In this document: one piece after another, positions 32,638-37,508 of the stretch
Layout: every line of letters starts with the position of its first letter
Numbering within the stretch: position 1 is the stretch's first letter
Source: Candidatus Woesearchaeota archaeon
GTDB lineage: Archaea; Nanobdellota; Nanobdellia; Pacearchaeales; GW2011-AR1
Length of the DNA: 37,508 bases
Direction: 5' to 3'
NCBI GenBank assembly: GCA_964653965.1
Contig: CAZZFU010000002.1
Span: forward strand, 1-37,508
The notes under the pieces: generated by a model
Seen by the model: only the letters and a program-made list of their open reading frames with translations
What the model was told of the DNA's origin: nothing
The model's database searches: none
Translations under genes and position numbers: made by a program

Positions 32638-33206
32638 AATTTAAATCTCCCTCCAAAAGTAATTTCAGTACCACTTAAATCATAATCTTCTCCATCATAT
32701 TTTCCAGAAATCTCATCATAATTTAATTCTAGATACATCACTTCATTTTCACTTGTTTTAATTTCTATTCCTCCTCTTAGCCCAAAACCAATACCAGTCA
32801 TCCCCTCTTTGTGATTATATTCCATATCTTCAAAATTAAAATTCATAATTTTTACACCTGCTCCAAGATAGAAAAAACCTTTTTCTTTTCCAACACATAG
32901 ATCATAATATCCTCCAAATTGAGTCATATTAGTTTTTAATTTTTCTTTTTTGTTTTTTTTTCTGTAGTGTGCTGCCTCTAATTCTATTCTGCTTAGGTTA
33001 CCTGGCTGAAAACCCATGGAAAATTTTCCTCCAGGAATTGTTTTAAAATAATGTTGTATATTTGAATTACTTAAGATTTTTCCAGAAAGGCCTAGTTTAG
33101 CATAGTAATTTTGGTTTTGAGTTTGGTTTTGTCCAAGAGATTTTAAAGGTATCAGGCTTGAAAGAGCAATTCCTGCTGTTATAAGACCTTTTTCTAGTTT
33201 ATTCAT
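32634..33206 (-). CDS. Secreted protein resembling an 8-stranded outer-membrane beta-barrel (OmpX/OmpW/OMP_b-brl-like)
   Basis: A signal-peptide-like N-terminus (MNKLEKGLITAGIALSSLIPLKSLG). About eight amphipathic strands with alternating hydrophobic residues (YYAKLGLSGKIL, KFSMGFQPG, RIELEAAHY, FGGYYDLCVG, FFYLGAGVKIMNF, GIGFGLRGGIEIK, VMYLELNYD, GTEITFGGRFKF). The last residue is Phe, as in bacterial OMP beta-signals. Confidence 0.5.
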   Translation of the reverse strand: MNKLEKGLITAGIALSSLIPLKSLGQNQTQNQNYYAKLGLSGKILSNSNIQHYFKTIPGGKFSMGFQPGNLSRIELEAAHYRKKNKKEKLKTNMTQFGGYYDLCVGKEKGFFYLGAGVKIMNFNFEDMEYNHKEGMTGIGFGLRGGIEIKTSENEVMYLELNYDEISGKYDGEDYDLSGTEITFGGRFKF

Positions 33207-33263
33207 AATTCTTAGGTGTTAAACTATTTTAAAAGTATTATTGTAATTCAAAATACATTCTAT

Positions 33264-33728
33264 TTAATAAGGACAGTGATAAATTTTATGAATTATTTTA
33301 TTTGGAATTGTTTTTAATATCATGTTATTTTGTTTTATCAATTCTCTATTATTCTTTGAAATCTTTAATTGTGGTGGTTTAAATATTTCTGGTTCATAAC
33401 CAAAACAAGCTTTAAATTCATTTATTCCTTCTTGTAAATAAGTTTGATTTCTATCTGTTAGAAATTCTCTATAAGTATGATAAACTCCATGCAATCCTAA
33501 TGTTTTATTTAAACTTAAAATATATTCACACCATTCAGGATTTTCAGAAAGAGAAGTATTATTAAATTTAGGAATTACAAATAAAATATCTGCTTCTTCT
33601 AAAAGTTCTTCTGCACAAAAAAAAGCAGGAGTGACATCATCTATTTCTCTTGGGCTTATTAATCTAAAGCAAAATAAAAACACACCCAGTATAATAAATA
33701 TAATTAAAATTATCAGCCCTTTTTTCAT
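33264..33728 (-). CDS. Membrane-anchored DUF2334-like protein (polysaccharide deacetylase fold, short form)
   Basis: N-terminal TM segment, then DDVTPAF...LGLHGVYHTYREF...GINEFKACFGYEPEIFKPPQLKIS matches the remembered DUF2334 blocks (HDV.P ... lHGy.H...EF ... g..p.gFvaP.w.ls). Start taken at MKKGLII; the track ORF starts 6 codons earlier. Confidence 0.5.
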   Translation of the reverse strand: MKKGLIILIIFIILGVFLFCFRLISPREIDDVTPAFFCAEELLEEADILFVIPKFNNTSLSENPEWCEYILSLNKTLGLHGVYHTYREFLTDRNQTYLQEGINEFKACFGYEPEIFKPPQLKISKNNRELIKQNNMILKTIPNKIIHKIYHCPY

Positions 33729-33776
33729 AAAATACTCATCCAACACTTATTTAAATTATTTTATCTTATATATTAT

Positions 33777-34367
33777 ATGAAAATAAAAAGAGGAATTTGG
33801 CTAAATATTATTGGGATTTTTCTTGTTGTTTTAGGAATTATTCATCTTTATCAGACAATTTTTACAGTTGAGCCAATTCATGGTTTTTGGTTATGTAATC
33901 ATGTTATATTTTTTATAGGAATTGCTATTTTATTTAGAAAATCATTTTGGTTAAGAGCAGAATTTCTTGTTTTATTTTTAGGGCAATTTATCTGGATAAT
34001 TAATTTTATCTTTAAGATTTTTGGCTCTGGTTTTGTAGTAGTTGATTATGCTATTGGTTTTGTTCCTGCAGTTGTTCATTTATTGACTCTTCCTTTAGGA
34101 TTTATTGCTATTATTCTTCTTAAGAAAAAAGAAAAATCTGCTTGGAAAGGAAGTTTATTGCACATGTTAGTTTTATTGCCTATTGTTCTTTATTTTGGAA
34201 GCTATTATAATTTGAATTGTCTGCTTAAACCATGTGTTACTTGGTTACCAAATATTTTAATATACCCTTTTGGAATATTTTTAGTTTATTTTGGTTTTAT
34301 AATTCTTTTAAATTATTTTATAGATGAGATTGTTTTAAAGAATTCTAAATTCAAGAACAAGAGATAA
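33777..34367 (+). CDS. Polytopic membrane protein, unknown function
   Basis: About 6 hydrophobic helices. No recognised motif. Confidence 0.5.
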   Translation: MKIKRGIWLNIIGIFLVVLGIIHLYQTIFTVEPIHGFWLCNHVIFFIGIAILFRKSFWLRAEFLVLFLGQFIWIINFIFKIFGSGFVVVDYAIGFVPAVVHLLTLPLGFIAIILLKKKEKSAWKGSLLHMLVLLPIVLYFGSYYNLNCLLKPCVTWLPNILIYPFGIFLVYFGFIILLNYFIDEIVLKNSKFKNKR

Positions 34368-34398
34368 TGCTTATAAAGACTGTGTTGTTTTTGAATGT

Positions 34399-34917
34399 AT
34401 GAGAAGTGATACATTGAATGAGGTAGATGAAGGAAAGCAAAAAGAAGATATGAAAATTTTAGAAGCAATATTCTTTGTTTCTGGAAGATTTTTAACAATT
34501 CCAGAATTAGTTTCATTATCTGATTTAAATCCGGCTATTATTCCAGGACTTATTGAAAAAATCCAAGAAAAATACAATGAGGATTCTGCAATTGAAATTA
34601 TTGAGAAAAATGGATTATGGAAAATGGATGTAAAACCAAATTATGTTTATTTAATTAATAAATTAGCAACTGGAAATGCAGAATTCTCAAAAGCAGAACA
34701 AGAAACTTTAGCAATTATAGCATTTAAACAACCAATAAAACAATCAGTTATAATTAAGATAAGGGGAAATAAAGCCTACGACCATATAAAGAAATTTAAT
34801 GATTTAGATTTAATTAAAAAGAAGAAAACAGGGCACACCTATGAGTTGAATCTGAGTGATGATTTTTATGATTATTTTAATATTAGTTCAGAGTCCAACA
34901 ATCTTTTAAAAGAATAG
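34399..34917 (+). CDS. scpB: Segregation and condensation protein B (ScpB)
   Basis: ILEAIFFVSGRFLTIPELVSL and a second wHTH, SKAEQETLAIIAFKQPIKQSVIIKIRG, typical of the tandem winged helices of ScpB. Confidence 0.78.
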   Translation: MRSDTLNEVDEGKQKEDMKILEAIFFVSGRFLTIPELVSLSDLNPAIIPGLIEKIQEKYNEDSAIEIIEKNGLWKMDVKPNYVYLINKLATGNAEFSKAEQETLAIIAFKQPIKQSVIIKIRGNKAYDHIKKFNDLDLIKKKKTGHTYELNLSDDFYDYFNISSESNNLLKE

Positions 34918-34939
34918 AATTCTAATTTCTTTGCATAAA

Positions 34940-36172
34940 ATGGATTTTATAACAATTGTATTTTTAGTATATACTTTTATAGCTCTTTACTTCTTTTTTC
35001 TATTTGTTTTGATATATCTTCAAAATAAAAATAAGTTTTTTTATTATCCTAAGACAAAAAAAATTTATTCTTTGAGTATTGTAATTCCTTGTTATAATGA
35101 AGAAGAGCATATAGGAGGAACAATAGAGTCTCTGTTGAATATAGGATATAAAGGATTAAAAAAAATAATAGTTGTTGATGATTGCAGTACTGATAATTCT
35201 TATAAAATTATGAAAGAATACGCAAAAAAATATTCTAAAGTTATGGCTGTTCAAACACCAAAAAATACTGGAAATGCAGCAGGAGCAAAGAATTATGGCT
35301 CTAAATTTGTTAAAACAGAATTAATTGGATTCACAGATGCAGATTCTTATCCTGAGAAAAAATCTGCAAATAAGATGGTTGGATTTTTCAATGATCCTCA
35401 AGTTGGAGCAGTAACTTCCACTGTTTTAGTAAAAAAAAGAGATAATTTTATAGAAAAACTTCAATCAATAGAATATAAAGTAATTAAGTTTAGTAGAAAA
35501 TTATTAGAATTTATTGATTCTATTTATGTTACTCCTGGACCTTTGGCAGTTTACAGGAGAAAGGCTTTTGAAGAAATAGGAAGATTTGATGCAAAAAATT
35601 TAGCAGAAGACATTGAAATTACTTGGAATTTACAGGCAAATAATTGGAAGATTAGAATGTGTGTTCCTTCAAGAGTTTATTCTGTTACTCCTAATAAAAT
35701 AAAAGATTGGGTTAAACAGAGAAATAGATGGAATATAGGAGGATTGCAGACAATTTTCAAATACAGGAAATCTGTTTTAAACAGACAAGGAATGTTAGGC
35801 TTTTTTATTGTTCCTTTTTTTGTTTTATCTTGGCTTTTGGGATTATTTGGAATTTTTATTTTAGGATATAGAATTATAAGAGAGGTTGTTGTAGATTTTC
35901 TTTCTACAAAATATTCTATTGAGGCTCAAACAGCAATACTTGCTTTAAGAGATATAAATCTCACTCCTAATGTTTTAATCTTTTTAGGATTAATACTATT
36001 TTTATTCGGACTTCTTTTTACTCTTGTAGCTCTGTCAAATGTAAAAGAAAAGCAATATCCACGACAAGGAGTTTTTACATTAGGATTTTATTTAATATTT
36101 TATTTATTAGCATATCCCATAATTCTTATAATTTCACTAGCTAAATTCTTAAAAAGAAGAACCTCGTGGTAA
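34940..36172 (+). CDS. Processive family-2 glycosyltransferase (PgaC/IcaA/NodC/cellulose-synthase-like)
   Basis: SIVIPCYNEE, VVDDCSTD, TDADS (DxD), AEDIEIT (ED), QRNRW (Q-x-x-R-W). One N-terminal TM segment and several C-terminal ones. ATG at 34940; the track start at 34931 is TTG. Confidence 0.85.
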   Translation: MDFITIVFLVYTFIALYFFFLFVLIYLQNKNKFFYYPKTKKIYSLSIVIPCYNEEEHIGGTIESLLNIGYKGLKKIIVVDDCSTDNSYKIMKEYAKKYSKVMAVQTPKNTGNAAGAKNYGSKFVKTELIGFTDADSYPEKKSANKMVGFFNDPQVGAVTSTVLVKKRDNFIEKLQSIEYKVIKFSRKLLEFIDSIYVTPGPLAVYRRKAFEEIGRFDAKNLAEDIEITWNLQANNWKIRMCVPSRVYSVTPNKIKDWVKQRNRWNIGGLQTIFKYRKSVLNRQGMLGFFIVPFFVLSWLLGLFGIFILGYRIIREVVVDFLSTKYSIEAQTAILALRDINLTPNVLIFLGLILFLFGLLFTLVALSNVKEKQYPRQGVFTLGFYLIFYLLAYPIILIISLAKFLKRRTSW

Positions 36173-36186
36173 ATAAAAGGAACAAA

Positions 36187-36846
36187 ATGAAATTTTTATC
36201 TAATAATAAAAGAGTTTTTTGGGAAGCTCTATTATTAACTTTAATAGTATTTATTCTTGGAATGCTTCTTGGTGCTAGTTTTGAAAGAGGAAATTTAAAT
36301 GAAGTTGAACAATATTATGCTAAATCAGAAGTTCTTTTTATGGACATGTTTGCTTTAAATGACAGAATAAACTCTGGAGATTCTTGTGAGATTTTAATTG
36401 ATTCAAACATACAATTAGCAAATAATATTTATGAAGAAGCATATGAATTAGAAAAGTACGAGACTGCTGGAAAAATTACAGAAGGATTGAAATTAGCACA
36501 TAGAAAATATGATATGTTAAGAACTTTTTTATGGATTAATTCAATTGATATTTCAGAAAAATGCCAAAAAGAATTTAATACTGTTGTTTATCTCTATGAA
36601 TATCAGACAAAAGATTTAGCAGTTAAAGCAACTCAGACTGTTTGGTCTAAAGTTCTTTTTGATTTAAAACAAGAAAAAGGAAATTCTATTGTCTTGATTC
36701 CTATTGCTGTGGATAGTAATCTTGTTTCTTTAGATTCTTTATTAGAGGATTTTGAAATTTCAAGATATCCTGTTGTAATTATTAATGAAGAATATGTGGT
36801 TACAGAGTTAGAATCTGTGGATGATTTGTTAAAATACTTATATTAA
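36187..36846 (+). CDS. Hypothetical single-pass membrane protein immediately downstream of the GT2 synthase
   Basis: ATG 36187 lies 15 nt after the GT2 stop. It has a TM segment (VFWEALLLTLIVFILGMLLGA) and then a domain of about 190 aa. No recognised family. Confidence 0.45.
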   Translation: MKFLSNNKRVFWEALLLTLIVFILGMLLGASFERGNLNEVEQYYAKSEVLFMDMFALNDRINSGDSCEILIDSNIQLANNIYEEAYELEKYETAGKITEGLKLAHRKYDMLRTFLWINSIDISEKCQKEFNTVVYLYEYQTKDLAVKATQTVWSKVLFDLKQEKGNSIVLIPIAVDSNLVSLDSLLEDFEISRYPVVIINEEYVVTELESVDDLLKYLY

Positions 36847-36899
36847 TTGTAGTTTTTTAGTATATAAATCTTAAAAAAGAATTTGAAGTTTGTTTTTTA

Positions 36900-37508
36900 A
36901 TGGATGTGTGCTTTTATTGTGGAGTAGAAATGAATAAAGTTAGGCTTTTTGATGCTATTTCTGATGAAGGAGTTGTAAAGATTTGTGAAAAATGTGCTAG
37001 AGAAGAGCATATTCCTATTATTAGAAGACCTACTACTTTTCAATTAAAAGAAGCAGAAAGAAAACAGAGTTTTTATGAAAAAGCATTATCTTCTTTAGGA
37101 AAATCAATAGAAAGAGAAAGTCCTGAGAAAAAAGAGCAGGAAATTACATTAAGAGAGATTGTAGATAGAAATTATGAACGTAAAGTTCCTAAATCAAAGG
37201 AACCAAGACCAGAAATGATTGATAATTTTCATTGGGTTATTATGAGAGCTAGAAGAATGAAAAAATTAACTCAGGCCCAGCTCGCAAAAAGAATTGAAGA
37301 ATCAGAAGCAGCTATAAAAATGGTAGAACAAGGAATTCTTCCAGAAGATGATTATAGATTAGTAAATAAACTAGAAAATTTTCTAAAAGTGAGAATTATT
37401 CGTCCTGAATTTGTGAGTGAAATAAAGCCGTCTTCAATTCCAAGAACACTTAGTTTTGATATAAATGAAGCAAAAATTTTAACAATTGATGATATTAGGA
37501 GAATGAAA
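36900..37508 (+). CDS. Zinc-ribbon plus HTH (XRE/MBF1-like) regulator, 3' end outside the window
   Basis: Open frame from ATG 36900 to the window edge; it is absent from the ORF track because it has no stop. MDVCFYCG...KICEKCA (CxxC...CxxC), then IMRARRMKKLTQAQLAKRIEESEAAIKMVEQG (HTH_3-like). Confidence 0.6.
   Translation, partial: MDVCFYCGVEMNKVRLFDAISDEGVVKICEKCAREEHIPIIRRPTTFQLKEAERKQSFYEKALSSLGKSIERESPEKKEQEITLREIVDRNYERKVPKSKEPRPEMIDNFHWVIMRARRMKKLTQAQLAKRIEESEAAIKMVEQGILPEDDYRLVNKLENFLKVRIIRPEFVSEIKPSSIPRTLSFDINEAKILTIDDIRRMK

Noticed and set aside
1-37508. CRISPR arrays, rRNA genes, transposases, toxin-antitoxin pairs, and replication-origin ORB repeats
   Set aside because: I saw no regularly spaced direct repeats, no rRNA-like conserved blocks, no DDE or serine/tyrosine recombinase motifs and no cdc6/orc1 gene with flanking repeats. 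The replication genes present (mcm, rpa-like, lig) have no obvious origin-like intergenic region.

Overview
This is a strongly AT-rich, very gene-dense stretch of an archaeal chromosome. All calls come from reading the sequence and remembering family motifs; no searches or computations were run.

Gene content points to a small-genome, DPANN-like archaeon (inference). It includes MCM, an RPA32-like OB/wHTH protein, TBP, ATP-dependent DNA ligase, aIF1A, aIF2-beta, aRF1, L15e, NAC, FtsZ, MinD, ScpB, and Asn/Met/Val-tRNA synthetases. A Sec61-beta gene is present but is too short to appear in the ORF track. Two tRNA genes, Asn-GTT and Ile-GAT, each carry a canonical 37/38 intron. I saw no rRNA, CRISPR array, transposase or integrase.

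Items worth a second look:
1. The first 33 nt of the 59-nt tRNA-Asn intron are antisense (30/33) to the hairpin-embedded Shine-Dalgarno and start codon of sec61beta, about 18.7 kb away.
2. A C-rich motif of about 30 nt (G-rich and SD-like on the other strand) occurs three times. Two copies bracket sec61beta. One sits in frame inside the Taw3 gene.
3. A signal-peptide-bearing protein that looks like an 8-stranded outer-membrane beta-barrel lies in this archaeal context. It sits next to a DUF2334 deacetylase-like gene and a processive GT2 synthase, so a PNAG-like exopolysaccharide module is possible.
4. A 6-TM protein is fused to a Schlafen/AlbA_2 domain.
5. ftsZ has a nested-hairpin leader.
6. 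A MinD cluster contains two paralogous helical proteins and a possible RHH protein.
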